NCBI RefSeq assembly: GCF_048403405.1
Contig: NZ_CP183129.1
Source of the DNA: Escherichia coli
GTDB lineage: Bacteria; Pseudomonadota; Gammaproteobacteria; Enterobacterales; Enterobacteriaceae
Length of the DNA: 64,000 nt
Direction: 5' to 3' (one strand)
The position numbers and the translations under genes were made by a program. Below the pieces are notes generated by a model. The model did no database searches. It had not been told where the DNA came from and saw only the letters and a program-made list of their open reading frames with translations. How positions within the stretch are numbered: position 1 is the stretch's first letter; each line of letters opens with the position of its first letter. Positions 50,736 through 62,886 of this stretch are shown here, piece after piece.

Positions 50736-51578
50736 ATGCATTCACTCCAACGTAAAGTTCTGCGTACTATTTGTCCGGACCAAAAAGGTCTGATCGCACG
50801 TATTACCAATATTTGCTACAAGCACGAGTTAAATATCGTGCAGAACAATGAATTTGTTGATCACCGTACCGGGCGCTTTTTTATGCGCACGGAACTGGAA
50901 GGAATTTTTAATGATTCCACCCTGCTGGCGGATCTCGATAGCGCATTGCCAGAAGGCTCCGTACGTGAGCTGAATCCTGCCGGTCGTCGCCGGATAGTGA
51001 TTCTGGTCACTAAAGAGGCGCATTGCCTCGGCGATTTGTTGATGAAAGCCAATTATGGCGGCCTGGATGTCGAAATCGCGGCAGTTATTGGTAACCACGA
51101 TACTTTACGTTCTCTGGTTGAGCGTTTTGATATTCCATTTGAGCTGGTAAGCCATGAAGGGTTAAGCCGCAACGAGCACGATCAAAAGATGGCGGATGCC
51201 ATTGATGCTTATCAACCTGACTATGTGGTACTGGCGAAGTATATGCGGGTATTAACGCCGGAATTTGTGGCACGCTTCCCGAATAAGATCATCAATATTC
51301 ACCATTCATTCCTGCCAGCGTTTATCGGCGCACGTCCTTATCACCAGGCCTATGAACGTGGCGTGAAGATTATTGGCGCAACCGCTCACTATGTGAATGA
51401 CAATCTGGACGAAGGTCCAATCATCATGCAGGACGTTATTCATGTCGATCATACCTACACAGCTGAAGATATGATGCGCGCAGGTCGTGACGTCGAGAAA
51501 AACGTCTTAAGTCGCGCACTCTACAAAGTACTGGCGCAGCGCGTCTTTGTTTACGGTAATCGGACGATTATTCTTTAA
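50736..51578 (+). CDS. purU: formyltetrahydrofolate deformylase PurU
   Basis: 280 aa; ACT domain then formyltransferase domain. Confidence 0.95.
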   Translation: MHSLQRKVLRTICPDQKGLIARITNICYKHELNIVQNNEFVDHRTGRFFMRTELEGIFNDSTLLADLDSALPEGSVRELNPAGRRRIVILVTKEAHCLGDLLMKANYGGLDVEIAAVIGNHDTLRSLVERFDIPFELVSHEGLSRNEHDQKMADAIDAYQPDYVVLAKYMRVLTPEFVARFPNKIINIHHSFLPAFIGARPYHQAYERGVKIIGATAHYVNDNLDEGPIIMQDVIHVDHTYTAEDMMRAGRDVEKNVLSRALYKVLAQRVFVYGNRTIIL

Positions 51579-51737
51579 TCGCCAGCAAAAATAACTGGTT
51601 ACCTTTAATCCGTTACGGATGAAAATTACGCAACCAGTTCATTTTTCTCAACGTAACACTTTACAGCGGCGCGTCATTTGATATGATGCGCCCCGCTTCC
51701 CGATAAGGGAGCAGGCCAGTAAAAAGCATTACCCCGT

Positions 51738-51822
<85 letters not shown>

Positions 51823-51856
51823 TCTCAAGCATTACCTCAAAATTTGAATTACCCTT

Positions 51857-51941
<85 letters not shown>

Positions 51942-52007
51942 TCACTTTCAAAAGTCCCTGAACTCTCAAACGAATCCGTAATTAAATATTCTGCCCAAGC
52001 GGGGAAG

Positions 52008-52097
52008 GATGAGAAGCTTCGACCAAGGTTCGACTCGAGCGCCAGCGAGAGAGCGTTGCCGCAGGCAACGACCCGAAGGGCGAAGCGCGCAGCGCTG
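52008..52097 (+). CDS. tpr: protamine-like protein Tpr in the tyrT operon 3' region
   Basis: 29-aa [32 protein letters not shown] followed by partial tRNA 3'-end repeat. Confidence 0.6.
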
Positions 52098-52303
52098 AGT
52101 AATCCTTCCCCCACCACCATCACTTCCTGTAAATACTCAAAACCTGTTACTCCGAGCTAATTCTGCCCAATGGCACCGCGTTTACCGGACCTACAATATC
52201 CTCCCCTGAAGTTCGGATAAGCGAAGCGCATCCGACAACTCACCCCGTACCGTGCCCATAAAAAAACCCCGCCGAAGCGGGGTCTATGCAAACTAAAATT
52301 CGC

Positions 52304-52981
52304 TTAGTGACGAGCGCGCACCAGCTGATACTTACGTGTCAAATACTCCACCGGTACGCTCCAGATGTGCACCAGACGTGAGAACGGGAACAGCAAGAAT
52401 AACGTCATCCCCAGCACCAGGTGCAGACGGAAGATAAACGCCACACCATCAAGGTGTTGAGAAGCGCCACCGTGGAAGGTCACTACCGACTGCGCCCAGC
52501 CAACCAGTTTCATCATCTCGCTACCGTCCATATGCTGGGCTGAGAACGGAATGGTCAGCAAGCCCAGCGCGCACTGGATAACGAGCAGCGACAGGATCAG
52601 GATATCCGCTCCGGTAGTCGTTGCACGCACGCGTGGGCTGAACAGACGACGTTTCAGCAACAGCACGCCGCCAATCAGACACAGCACGCCGCTGGCACCA
52701 CCAGCAAACATCGCCATTTTTTGTTTCACTTCAATCGGCAGCCAGGCTTCATACATCCAGTGCGGCGTCAGCATACCGAAGAAGTGACCGACAAAAATCC
52801 CCAGAATACCGATATGGAACAGGTTCGACGCCAGGTTCATCCCTTTGCGATCCAGCATCTGGCTGGACGCCGCGCGCCAGGTGTACTGCCCGTAGTCATA
52901 ACGCAGCCAGCTACCAATCAGGAAGACCGCCCCGGCTATGTACGGGTAGATATCAAAGAAGAACATATTCAGGAATTGCAT
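52304..52981 (-). CDS. narI: nitrate reductase A gamma subunit NarI
   Basis: 225-aa haem b membrane subunit; synteny. Confidence 0.95.
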   Translation of the reverse strand: MQFLNMFFFDIYPYIAGAVFLIGSWLRYDYGQYTWRAASSQMLDRKGMNLASNLFHIGILGIFVGHFFGMLTPHWMYEAWLPIEVKQKMAMFAGGASGVLCLIGGVLLLKRRLFSPRVRATTTGADILILSLLVIQCALGLLTIPFSAQHMDGSEMMKLVGWAQSVVTFHGGASQHLDGVAFIFRLHLVLGMTLFLLFPFSRLVHIWSVPVEYLTRKYQLVRARH

Positions 52982-53691
52982 TAGTGCTGTCCTCCGGTGG
53001 TGATATTCAGATATTGCGGCGCGACGGCACCAGCAAAGCGACGCTGATGAGCAGTGATTGCTGAATCACCGCAGCCTTTGTCAGCAAAAAACTTAACCTG
53101 CTCTTCTTCCCAGACGGCATCCAGCGCCTGCGGCGTATCGTCGCGCGCTTCGTCGGCAATTTTTTCCGCCACTTTGTCGCTGTCGATTGCGGTATTCGCC
53201 AGTTTCAGCAGCAGATCAAACAGCACGGCATAACGGCTTTCACGCTGTTGCAGACGCGCACTCAGCAATGCCAGAATCGGCGCAATATCTTTCAAACCCT
53301 CCACGGCTTCGATTTGCGGCAGCTGCGCCAGGTACTCCAGATACAGCGGCAGATGGTCGGGCAATTCGCGGCTGTTTAACTGCAAGCCGTGCTGCTCGTA
53401 CTGTGCCAGCAGGTCAACCATTGCCTGACCACGGTCGCGGGATTCCCCGTGAACATGTTCAAACAGCAACAGCGACGTGGCACGACCACGGTCGAACAGT
53501 TCGCTGTACTGCGCCTGAGCATCGAGCGGATCCATCGCCGTTAAATCGCGCAGGAAAATGCCCAGCGCATGGGCATCTTCTTTCGACAGATTTTTCGACG
53601 CGGCAATCGCCTCAAACATCTCTTGTTGATGCTGCCATAAGGCAGCATCCGGATATTCAAGGAGACGCGATACAATCACGAGTTCGATCAT
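52981..53691 (-). CDS. narJ: nitrate reductase chaperone NarJ
   Basis: 236 aa; synteny. Confidence 0.95.
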   Translation of the reverse strand: MIELVIVSRLLEYPDAALWQHQQEMFEAIAASKNLSKEDAHALGIFLRDLTAMDPLDAQAQYSELFDRGRATSLLLFEHVHGESRDRGQAMVDLLAQYEQHGLQLNSRELPDHLPLYLEYLAQLPQIEAVEGLKDIAPILALLSARLQQRESRYAVLFDLLLKLANTAIDSDKVAEKIADEARDDTPQALDAVWEEEQVKFFADKGCGDSAITAHQRRFAGAVAPQYLNITTGGQH

Positions 53692-55226
53692 GGGTGCGGC
53701 TCCGTTTTGCTCGTTACGTCAATGGCATCGATACGGCGGCTGTTGAACAGATTGAATTTGGTATCTGAACCGTGGCAGCCATCACCAAAGGTAAAGCCGC
53801 AGCCATTTTTCTCCGGGAAGGCTTCCCGCGCCAATTCACGATGACTGCTCGGGACCACAAAGCGATCTTCGTAGTTAGCAATCGCCAGATAACGGTACAT
53901 CTCCTGTGCCTGGGCTTCGGTCAGACCGACCTCTTCCAGCGCACGGGTATCGACTTTACCGTCAACGGTTTCAGCACGTTTGTAATGACGCATCGCCAGC
54001 ATACGTTTCAGCGCGCGCAGTACTGGTTTGGTATCACCGGCGGTCAGCAGATTCGCCAGATACTGTACCGGAATACGCAGACTTTCGACGTCTGGCAGAA
54101 TGCCATTGCTGCCCAGTTCACCCGCATCTGCCGCAGACTGAATCGGCGACAGAGGCGGCACGTACCAGACCATCGGCAGTGTGCGATATTCCGGATGCAG
54201 CGGCAGCGCCAGTTTCCATTCCATCGCCATTTTATAAACCGGCGACTGCTGTGCGGCTTCAATAACGCTCAGCGGAATACCGTCTTTAATTGCCTGCTCG
54301 ATGACTTTCGGATCGTTCGGATCGAGGAACACCTCCAGCTGACGCTGGTAGAGATCTTTCTCGTTCTCGGTGCTGGCTGCACGTTCAATGGCGTCCGCAT
54401 CGTACAGCAGCACGCCGAGATAACGGATACGACCGACACAGGTTTCAGAGCACACCGTCGGCTGACCGGCTTCAATACGCGGATAGCAGAAGATGCACTT
54501 CTCAGACTTACCGCTCTTCCAGTTGAAGTAGATTTTTTTGTACGGGCATCCGGTGATGCACATACGCCAGCCACGGCATTTATCCTGGTCGATCAGGACG
54601 ATGCCATCTTCTTCACGCTTGTAAATCGCACCGCTCGGGCAGGTCGCCACACATGCCGGGTTCAGGCAGTGTTCGCACAGGCGCGGCAAATACATCATGA
54701 AGGTGTTTTCGAACTGGCTATACATCGCCTTCTGGATGTTGTCGAAGTTCTTGTCTTTCGCCAGCTTGTCAAACTCACCGCCCAGGTCATCTTCCCAGTT
54801 CGGCCCTTTTTCGATTTTCGCCATCCGTTCGCCGGTAATCAGCGAACGCGGACGGGCAATCGGCTGCGATTTGCTGCCTTCCGGCGCGGTATGCAGGTTC
54901 TGATAATCAAAATCGAACGGCTCGTAATAATCGTCGATACCCGGCAGATGCGGGTTAGCAAAGATTTTACCCAGCAGCATGGCGCGGTTACCCATGCGCG
55001 GCTGCAGTTTGCCGTTGATTTTACGAATCCAGCCGCCTTTGTATTTTTCCTGGTTTTCCCAGTCAGTCGGGAAGCCCTGGCCCGGCTTGGTTTCCACGTT
55101 GTTGAACCACGCGTATTCCACGCCTTCGCGGCTGGTCCAGACGTTTTTACAGGTAACTGAACAGGTGTGGCAGCCGATGCACTTATCGAGATTCAGCACC
55201 ATGCCGACTTGTGAACGAATTTTCAT
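53688..55226 (-). CDS. narH: nitrate reductase A beta subunit NarH
   Basis: 512 aa; multiple Cys ferredoxin-like clusters. Confidence 0.95.
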   Translation of the reverse strand: MKIRSQVGMVLNLDKCIGCHTCSVTCKNVWTSREGVEYAWFNNVETKPGQGFPTDWENQEKYKGGWIRKINGKLQPRMGNRAMLLGKIFANPHLPGIDDYYEPFDFDYQNLHTAPEGSKSQPIARPRSLITGERMAKIEKGPNWEDDLGGEFDKLAKDKNFDNIQKAMYSQFENTFMMYLPRLCEHCLNPACVATCPSGAIYKREEDGIVLIDQDKCRGWRMCITGCPYKKIYFNWKSGKSEKCIFCYPRIEAGQPTVCSETCVGRIRYLGVLLYDADAIERAASTENEKDLYQRQLEVFLDPNDPKVIEQAIKDGIPLSVIEAAQQSPVYKMAMEWKLALPLHPEYRTLPMVWYVPPLSPIQSAADAGELGSNGILPDVESLRIPVQYLANLLTAGDTKPVLRALKRMLAMRHYKRAETVDGKVDTRALEEVGLTEAQAQEMYRYLAIANYEDRFVVPSSHRELAREAFPEKNGCGFTFGDGCHGSDTKFNLFNSRRIDAIDVTSKTEPHP

Positions 55227-58200
55227 TTTACGCTCTCCTGTACCTGGTCATTGCCTTCGCCATCTAACCAGTCAATGTTCTTCATCTTACGCACTACAAC
55301 AAACTCATCGCGGTTAGAACCTACGGTGCCGTAGTAGTTAAAGCCGTATGCCAGATGGGCATAGCCGCCAATCATATGCGTCGGTTTCGGCGTGATACGG
55401 GTGACCGAGTTATGGATACCACCACGCTGTTGGGTAATTTCCGAACCCGGCAGGTTAACGATACGTTCCTGCGCGTGGTACATCATGGTCATCCCTGCCG
55501 GAACACGCTGGCTGACAACCGCACGGGCAGTCAGAGCACCGTTGCTGTTGAAGACTTCAATCCAGTCGTTATCGGCAATGCCCAGATCTTTGGCATCGGC
55601 TTCACTCAGCCAGACCACCGGACCACCGCGACCTAAAGTCAGCATCAGCAGGTTGTCGCTGTAGGTGGAGTGGATACCCCACTTCTGGTGCGGCGTCAGG
55701 AAGTTGAGCGCTTTTTCCGGGTTGCCGTTGGATTTCTGGCCTATCACTTCTTTCACCGAACGGGTGTCGATCGGCGGACGATAAACCAGCAGGCTTTCAC
55801 CGAAATCACGCATCCACTGGTGATCCTGATACAGCTGCTGACGGCCAGAGAGCGTACGCCACGGGATCAGCTCGTGAACGTTGGTGTAACCGGCGTTGTA
55901 AGAAACGTGTTCATCTTCAAGGCCAGACCAGGTCGGGCTGGAGATGATTTTGCGCGGCTGTGCCTGAATATCGCGGAAGCGAATCTTCTCGTCTTCTTTA
56001 TTCAGCGCCAGATGCGTATGGTCACGACCGGTAAACTCGCTCAGGGCAGCCCAGGCTTTCACGGCTACCTGACCGTTGGTTTCCGGTGCCAGCGTCAGGA
56101 TCATCTCTGCCGCATCAATGGCGGTGTTCAGCATCGGCTGACCTTTCGCCGGACCTTCCGCTTTGGTGTAGTTGAGCTTACGCAGCAGATCCATCTCGCT
56201 CTGGGTGTTCCAGGCAATCCCTTTACCGCCATTACCGATTTTCTCCATCAGCGGGCCGATAGAGGTAAAGCGTTCGTAAGTTGCCGGATAATCGCGCTCT
56301 ACGACCATAATGTGCGGTGCAGTTTTACCTGGGATCAGGTCGCATTCGCCTTTTTTCCAGTCTTTCACATCCAGCGGCTGCGCCAGTTCAGCGGCAGAGT
56401 CGTGCTGGATAGGCAGCGTGACGATGTCAGTTTCTTTACCCAGATGACCAACGCACACTTCGGAGAATTTCTTCGCGATGGCTTTGTAGATTTCCCAGTC
56501 GCTTTTCGCTTCCCAGGCCGGATCGACCGCCGCAGACAGCGGGTGAATAAACGGATGCATATCCGAAGTATTCATGTCGTCTTTTTCGTACCAGGTCGCC
56601 GTCGGCAAAATGATGTCGGAATAGAGACAGGTGCTCGACAGACGGAAGTCCAGCGTCACCACCAGATCCAGCTTGCCTTCCAGACCGTTGTCCTGCCAGT
56701 CCACTTCTTCCGGCTTCACGCCGCCCTGCTGCCCCAGGTCTTTGCCCTGGATACCGTGCTCCGTCCCCAGCAGGTACTTGAGCATAAACTCATGACCTTT
56801 ACCGGAAGAACCGAGCAGGTTAGAACGCCAGATGAACAGGTTACGCGGGTGGTTTTTACCGTTTTCCGGCTGTTCTGCCGCAAAACGGATAGAACCCTCT
56901 TTCAGGGATTTCACGGTGTAATCCACCGGATTCATGCCCGCTTTTTCCGCTTCGCGAGCGATAGTTAGCGGGTTAGTGCCTAACTGCGGCGCAGACGGCA
57001 GCCAGCCCATACGTTCTGCACGGACGTTAAAGTCGATCAGATGTCCGGTATAACGGGATTTATCCGCCATCGGCGACAACAACTCTTCTGCGGTCACGGT
57101 TTCATAACGCCACTGGCTGGAGTGGTTATAGAAGTACGAGGTGCTGTTCATGTGACGCGCCGGACGCTGCCAGTCAAGAGCAAACGCCAGCGGCTGCCAG
57201 CCAGTTTGCGGACGCAGTTTTTCCTGACCTACATAGTGCGCCCAGCCACCACCGCTCTGACCGACACAGCCGCAGAAAATCAGCATGTTGATCAGACCAC
57301 GATAGTTCATATCGAGGTGATACCAGTGGTTCAGCCCCGCACCGACGATAATCATCGAACGACCGTGCGTTTTATCCGCGTTATCGGCAAATTCACGGGC
57401 GATGCGAATAATCTGGCTGCGAGAAACGCCGGTAATCTGCTCGGCCCACGCAGGGGTGTAAGCTTTCACGTCGTCATAACTGGTTGCACAATTAACGTCG
57501 TTCAGGCCACGTTCCAGACCGTAGTTTGCCAGCGTCAGATCATAAACGGTGGTCACCAGGGCGGTGCTGCCATCAGCCAGTTGCAGGCGTTTCACCGGCA
57601 GCTTGTGCAGCAGCACGTTTTCCAGTTCCACTTTGTTGAAGTGTTCCGTGCCGTCGCCACCAAAGTACGGGAAGCCCACCTCAGCGATCTCATCCTGGCT
57701 ACCCAGCAGACTCAGTTGCAGCTCGGTTTCTTCGCCAGTTTTGCCGTCGCGCTGCTCAAGATTCCATTTGCCCTTCTCGCCCCAGCGGAAGCCAATAGAA
57801 CCGTTCGGCGCAACCATTTCGCCATTGGTATTAAAGGCGACAGTTTTCCATTCCGGATTGTTTTCCTGGCCCAGCGCATCCACCAGATCGGCAGCGCGCA
57901 GCATACGACCTGCGGCGTAGTAACCGTCGCGTTCTTCCAGCATCACCAGCATCGGCATGTCGGTGTAGCGACGCACATAGTCGGTGAAATACTGGCTTGG
58001 GTTGTCGAGGTGGAATTCACGCAGCATTACGTGGCCCATCGCCAGCGCCATTGCCGCATCGGTGCCCTGTTTCGGTGCCAGCCACAGATCGCACAGTTTG
58101 GCGATTTCAGCGTAGTCTGGTGTGACGGCAACAGTTTTGGTGCCTTTGTAACGCACTTCAGTAAAGAAGTGAGCATCCGGGGTACGCGTCTGCGGCACGT

Positions 58201-58966
58201 TTGAACCCCAGGCGATGATGTAGCTGGAGTTGTACCAGTCAGCAGATTCCGGTACGTCAGTTTGCTCGCCCCAGGTTTGCGGAGACGCAGGAGGCAGGTC
58301 GCAGTACCAGTCGTAGAAGCTTAAGCAAGTACCGCCAAGCAGCGAGAGATAGCGCGCCCCCGATGCGTAAGAAACCATCGACATTGCCGGAATTGGCGAG
58401 AAACCAGCGACACGGTCCGGGCCGTAGTTTTTGATGGTGTAAACGTTAGATGCGGCGATCAGTTCGTTCACTTCCTGCCAGGAAGAACGAACAAAACCAC
58501 CGCGTCCACGCGCCTGCTTAAAGCTTTTCGCTTTATCGGCGTCTTCAATGATAGAAGCCCATGCCTCAACCGGATCGCTATGCAGCGCCTTCGCTTCACG
58601 CCACATTTTCATCAGGCGTTTGCGCATCATCGGGTATTTCAGGCGGTTGGCACTGTAAAGATACCAGGAGTAGCTGGCACCGCGCGGGCAGCCGCGAGGT
58701 TCATGGTTTGGCAGATCCGGACGGGTACGCGGATAGTCAGTCTGCTGGGTTTCCCAGGTGACCAGACCGTTTTTGACGTAGATTTTCCAGCTGCAGGAGC
58801 CGGTGCAGTTTACCCCGTGGGTAGAGCGGACGATTTTGTCATGCTGCCAACGCTGGCGATATCCATCCTCCCAGTCGCGGTTGGTATTGAGAAGCTGGCC
58901 ATGCCCATCGGCAAAGGTTTCACCCTTCTGTTTGAAGTAGCGAAACCGGTCCAGGAATTTACTCAT
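55223..58966 (-). CDS. narG: nitrate reductase A alpha subunit NarG
   Basis: 1247-aa molybdopterin enzyme. Confidence 0.97.
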   Translation of the reverse strand: MSKFLDRFRYFKQKGETFADGHGQLLNTNRDWEDGYRQRWQHDKIVRSTHGVNCTGSCSWKIYVKNGLVTWETQQTDYPRTRPDLPNHEPRGCPRGASYSWYLYSANRLKYPMMRKRLMKMWREAKALHSDPVEAWASIIEDADKAKSFKQARGRGGFVRSSWQEVNELIAASNVYTIKNYGPDRVAGFSPIPAMSMVSYASGARYLSLLGGTCLSFYDWYCDLPPASPQTWGEQTDVPESADWYNSSYIIAWGSNVPQTRTPDAHFFTEVRYKGTKTVAVTPDYAEIAKLCDLWLAPKQGTDAAMALAMGHVMLREFHLDNPSQYFTDYVRRYTDMPMLVMLEERDGYYAAGRMLRAADLVDALGQENNPEWKTVAFNTNGEMVAPNGSIGFRWGEKGKWNLEQRDGKTGEETELQLSLLGSQDEIAEVGFPYFGGDGTEHFNKVELENVLLHKLPVKRLQLADGSTALVTTVYDLTLANYGLERGLNDVNCATSYDDVKAYTPAWAEQITGVSRSQIIRIAREFADNADKTHGRSMIIVGAGLNHWYHLDMNYRGLINMLIFCGCVGQSGGGWAHYVGQEKLRPQTGWQPLAFALDWQRPARHMNSTSYFYNHSSQWRYETVTAEELLSPMADKSRYTGHLIDFNVRAERMGWLPSAPQLGTNPLTIAREAEKAGMNPVDYTVKSLKEGSIRFAAEQPENGKNHPRNLFIWRSNLLGSSGKGHEFMLKYLLGTEHGIQGKDLGQQGGVKPEEVDWQDNGLEGKLDLVVTLDFRLSSTCLYSDIILPTATWYEKDDMNTSDMHPFIHPLSAAVDPAWEAKSDWEIYKAIAKKFSEVCVGHLGKETDIVTLPIQHDSAAELAQPLDVKDWKKGECDLIPGKTAPHIMVVERDYPATYERFTSIGPLMEKIGNGGKGIAWNTQSEMDLLRKLNYTKAEGPAKGQPMLNTAIDAAEMILTLAPETNGQVAVKAWAALSEFTGRDHTHLALNKEDEKIRFRDIQAQPRKIISSPTWSGLEDEHVSYNAGYTNVHELIPWRTLSGRQQLYQDHQWMRDFGESLLVYRPPIDTRSVKEVIGQKSNGNPEKALNFLTPHQKWGIHSTYSDNLLMLTLGRGGPVVWLSEADAKDLGIADNDWIEVFNSNGALTARAVVSQRVPAGMTMMYHAQERIVNLPGSEITQQRGGIHNSVTRITPKPTHMIGGYAHLAYGFNYYGTVGSNRDEFVVVRKMKNIDWLDGEGNDQVQESVK

Positions 58967-59057
58967 CGGTTTTCTCCTGTGGGAGCCTGTCGGCCCTCTG
59001 ATAAATCGACATTGCTAATGTTTAAGGGCAAGGTAACGCTCTGAAACAGCGTGGGAA

Positions 59058-59071
59058 TTGATAACGATCAA
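59058..59071 (-). promoter_or_regulatory. FNR-box-like palindrome TTGATaacgATCAA upstream of narG
   Basis: Perfect TTGAT-N4-ATCAA about 95 bp upstream of the narG start; narG is FNR-activated. Confidence 0.55.
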
Positions 59072-59359
59072 GAGTGATGGGGATGAAAAATAAAGTAAAT
59101 TCCTAAGATACCCCTTTAGGATAATTAACAGCCACCACATAACAGACTGTAAATTAAGACGTTTTATACCTGTAGTTATTTAAACTATTAAGATTTTTAT
59201 GCAGATGGGTATTAAGGAGTATTCCCCATGGGTAACATATTAATGGCTCTTAATGAAATCCGGCGAAATAAGCCACTCACACATAAGTATGTTGTAACTA
59301 AAAGACAGATAAAAAAAGCGCGACATCATGCCGCGCAAAGGATAATCAAATATTAAGAT

Positions 59360-60751
59360 TTATTTTTTAGAATGCCGACCATATACCGCCCAGGTAATCA
59401 CTACGCAGGCGATATAGAAAATCAAAAATACTTTCATTGCGCCGACTGGAGAACCCGTTAATGCCAGCGAGCTACCGAACGCTTTCGGGATAAAGAAGCC
59501 ACCAATCGCGCCAATCGCAGAGATGAAACCCAGCGCCGCCGCCGTGTCGGTTGCCGCTTCACGCATCGCACGTTCGTCAGAACCCCCTTCTGCTTTCACG
59601 CGATCCATTGTCAGTTTACGGAAGATCACGGAAATCATCTGGAAAGTGGAACCACTACCCAGCCCAGCTGTCAGGAACAGCGCCAGGAAGACTGCGAAGA
59701 ACGCCATGAAGCTTCCGCCCTGCCCGTCAGTCGGTAAGGTCAGGAACAGCAGGCCGCTGAAAATCGCCATCAGGATAAAGTTCACCAGTGTAACACGAGT
59801 TCCGCCCAGACGGTCAGATAATGCACCACCTGCAGAACGCGCCAGCGCACCAATAAACGGCCCGAAGAAAGCGTATTGCAGAATCTGAACATCCGGGAAC
59901 TGCGTTTTTGACAGCATCGCAAAGCCCGCGGAGAAGCCGATGAAGGAGCCGAAGGTTGCCAGATACAGCAGGCTCATAATCCACAGATGACCCCGTTTGA
60001 GTACCGGCAACTGCTCCTTGATGGAGGCTTTCGAGGTAGCAAGATCGTTCATGCCAAACCACGCCGCAATGGTGAAGATGGCAAGGAACGGCACCCATAC
60101 CCAGGACGCATTCGCCAGATACAGCTCACTCCCATCCGGCTGTTTGACACCCTGGCTACCAAATACTGCGAAAATCGACAGTGATACCACCAGCGGAGCA
60201 ACCAACTGCATGACGCTGACGCCCATGTTGCCCAGACCACCATTCAGGCCCAGCGCGCCACCCTGCTTCTGTTTCGGAAAGAAGAAGCTGATGTTTGCCA
60301 TACTGGATGCGAAGTTCGCGCCAGCAAAGCCGCACAGCAGAGAGATGATGATGAAGACGCTATAAGGCGTGGAGGTATCCTGCACGGCAAAACCCAGCCA
60401 GACGCAAGGAATAATCAGAATACCGGTGCTGAACGCCGTCCAGCGACGACCACCGAAGATAGGAACCATAAAGGAGTATGGAACACGTAATAACGCGCCA
60501 GAAACCGAAGGCAGCGCAGTCAACATAAATAGCTGATCTGTCGTAAAATTAAAACCAACTTTTGGTAAGTTCACCGCAACAGCGCTGAACAACATCCATA
60601 CGCAAAACGCCAGCAGCAGACAGGGAACGGAAATCCACAGGTTGCGGCTGGCAATACGTTGACCGCGTTGTTGCCAGAACGCAGGATCTTCCGGTCGCCA
60701 ATCTGTAATGACAGCTCCAGTAGCCCTTTCGGGGGCGGATGAGTGACTCAT
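59360..60751 (-). CDS. narK: nitrate/nitrite transporter NarK (MFS)
   Basis: 463 aa from MSHSSAPERATG; 12-TM MFS. Confidence 0.95.
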   Translation of the reverse strand: MSHSSAPERATGAVITDWRPEDPAFWQQRGQRIASRNLWISVPCLLLAFCVWMLFSAVAVNLPKVGFNFTTDQLFMLTALPSVSGALLRVPYSFMVPIFGGRRWTAFSTGILIIPCVWLGFAVQDTSTPYSVFIIISLLCGFAGANFASSMANISFFFPKQKQGGALGLNGGLGNMGVSVMQLVAPLVVSLSIFAVFGSQGVKQPDGSELYLANASWVWVPFLAIFTIAAWFGMNDLATSKASIKEQLPVLKRGHLWIMSLLYLATFGSFIGFSAGFAMLSKTQFPDVQILQYAFFGPFIGALARSAGGALSDRLGGTRVTLVNFILMAIFSGLLFLTLPTDGQGGSFMAFFAVFLALFLTAGLGSGSTFQMISVIFRKLTMDRVKAEGGSDERAMREAATDTAAALGFISAIGAIGGFFIPKAFGSSLALTGSPVGAMKVFLIFYIACVVITWAVYGRHSKK

Positions 60752-61089
60752 AGACACCTCTGATACTCGTTTCGATGTCTGCCACCTTAGTGTCTGTAGC
60801 TAAAGGCAATTTGATGTAAATCAAACGATAAGATAACTTTATCTATCATTGATATTTATCATTACCCATAGTGAGTACAGTGATTTCATAAAAATTATGA
60901 GATTTTTCACGGTGCTGTAGAATCCCTACCCTTACCGATGTAAAGCGACTAACCACACGGCAAATAAGGAGTAACTCTTTCCGGGTATGGGTATACTTCA
61001 GCCAATAGCCGAGAATACTGCCATTCCAGAATGTATCGTCACATTCATTAAGGTTATTGCTCATTTAAAGCCTGAAGGAAGAGGTTTAC

Positions 61090-62886
61090 ATGCTTAAACG
61101 TTGTCTCTCTCCGCTCACCCTGGTTAATCAGGTTGCGCTTATTGTGTTGCTTTCTACTGCTATTGGACTGGCAGGGATGGCAGTTTCTGGCTGGCTGGTG
61201 CAAGGCGTTCAGGGCAGCGCCCATGCGATCAACAAAGCGGGATCGCTGCGCATGCAAAGTTACCGTCTGTTGGCAGCAGTGCCATTAAGCGAGAAAGACA
61301 AGCCCTTAATTAAAGAAATGGAACAAACGGCATTTAGCGCCGAGTTAACCCGAGCAGCAGAACGAGACGGACAACTGGCGCAATTACAGGGTTTACAAGA
61401 TTACTGGCGTAATGAACTGATCCCTACGCTGATGCGTGCACAAAACCGCGAAACGGTGTCAGCGGATGTCAGCCAGTTTGTTGCCGGGCTTGATCAGCTG
61501 GTGTCTGGTTTTGACCGCACCACGGAAATGCGTATTGAGACAGTGGTGCTGGTCCATCGGGTAATGGCGGTATTTATGGCACTTTTACTGGTGTTCACTA
61601 TTATCTGGTTGCGGGCGCGATTGCTACAACCGTGGCGGCAACTGCTGGCAATGGCGAGTGCCGTCAGCCATCGCGATTTTACCCAACGCGCGAACATCAG
61701 CGGGCGCAACGAAATGGCGATGCTTGGAACTGCGTTGAACAATATGTCTGCAGAACTGGCCGAAAGTTATGCCATACTTGAGCAGCGGGTTCAGGAGAAA
61801 ACCGCCGGGCTGGAGCATAAAAATCAGATCCTCTCTTTTTTATGGCAGGCCAACCGCCGATTGCATTCCCGCGCCCCGCTGTGTGAACGCCTGTCACCTG
61901 TACTCAACGGCTTACAGAATTTGACCCTGCTACGTGATATTGAACTGCGGGTGTATGACACTGATGATGAAGAGAATCATCAGGAGTTTACCTGCCAGCC
62001 AGATATGACTTGTGATGATAAAGGCTGCCAGCTCTGCCCGCGCGGCGTATTACCCGTTGGCGATCGCGGCACAACCCTGAAGTGGCGGCTGGCTGACTCT
62101 CATACGCAGTACGGTATTTTGCTGGCGACCCTGCCGCAGGGGCGTCATCTTAGCCATGATCAACAACAACTGGTGGATACCCTGGTTGAACAACTCACCG
62201 CCACGCTGGCGTTGGATCGCCATCAGGAACGTCAGCAACAGTTGATCGTGATGGAAGAGCGTGCCACCATTGCGCGCGAACTGCATGATTCTATTGCCCA
62301 ATCTCTCTCTTGCATGAAGATGCAGGTGAGTTGTTTACAGATGCAGGGCGATGCGCTGCCAGAAAGCAGTCGCGAACTGTTAAGTCAGATCCGTAACGAA
62401 CTGAATGCATCCTGGGCGCAGTTGCGTGAATTGCTCACCACATTCCGTTTGCAGCTCACCGAGCCTGGATTACGTCCGGCGCTGGAGGCGAGTTGCGAAG
62501 AGTACAGCGCCAAATTTGGCTTCCCGGTGAAGCTGAATTATCAATTGCCGCCTCGTCTGGTGCCTTCGCATCAGGCAATCCACTTGTTGCAAATTGCCCG
62601 TGAGGCATTAAGTAACGCCCTCAAACATTCGCAAGCGAGTGAAGTCGTGGTGACGGTGGCGCAAAACGATAATCAGGTCAAACTGACCGTCCAGGATAAC
62701 GGCTGCGGCGTGCCTGAAAATGCCATCCGCAGCAATCACTACGGCATGATAATAATGCGCGACCGTGCGCAAAGTTTACGAGGCGATTGCCGCGTCCGCC
62801 GTCGTGAATCAGGTGGCACCGAAGTGGTGGTCACCTTTATTCCCGAAAAAACTTTCACAGACGTCCAAGGAGATACCCATGAGTAA
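61090..62886 (+). CDS. narX: nitrate sensor histidine kinase NarX
   Basis: 598 aa; two TM segments, HAMP, H-box ([10 protein letters not shown]) and ATPase domain. Confidence 0.95.

Noticed and set aside
53772-55160. 462-aa plus-strand ORF
   Set aside because: Antisense within narH; shadow frame.
55670-58204. Plus-strand ORFs of 432 and 387 aa
   Set aside because: Antisense within narG; Arg/His-rich shadow frames with no start context.
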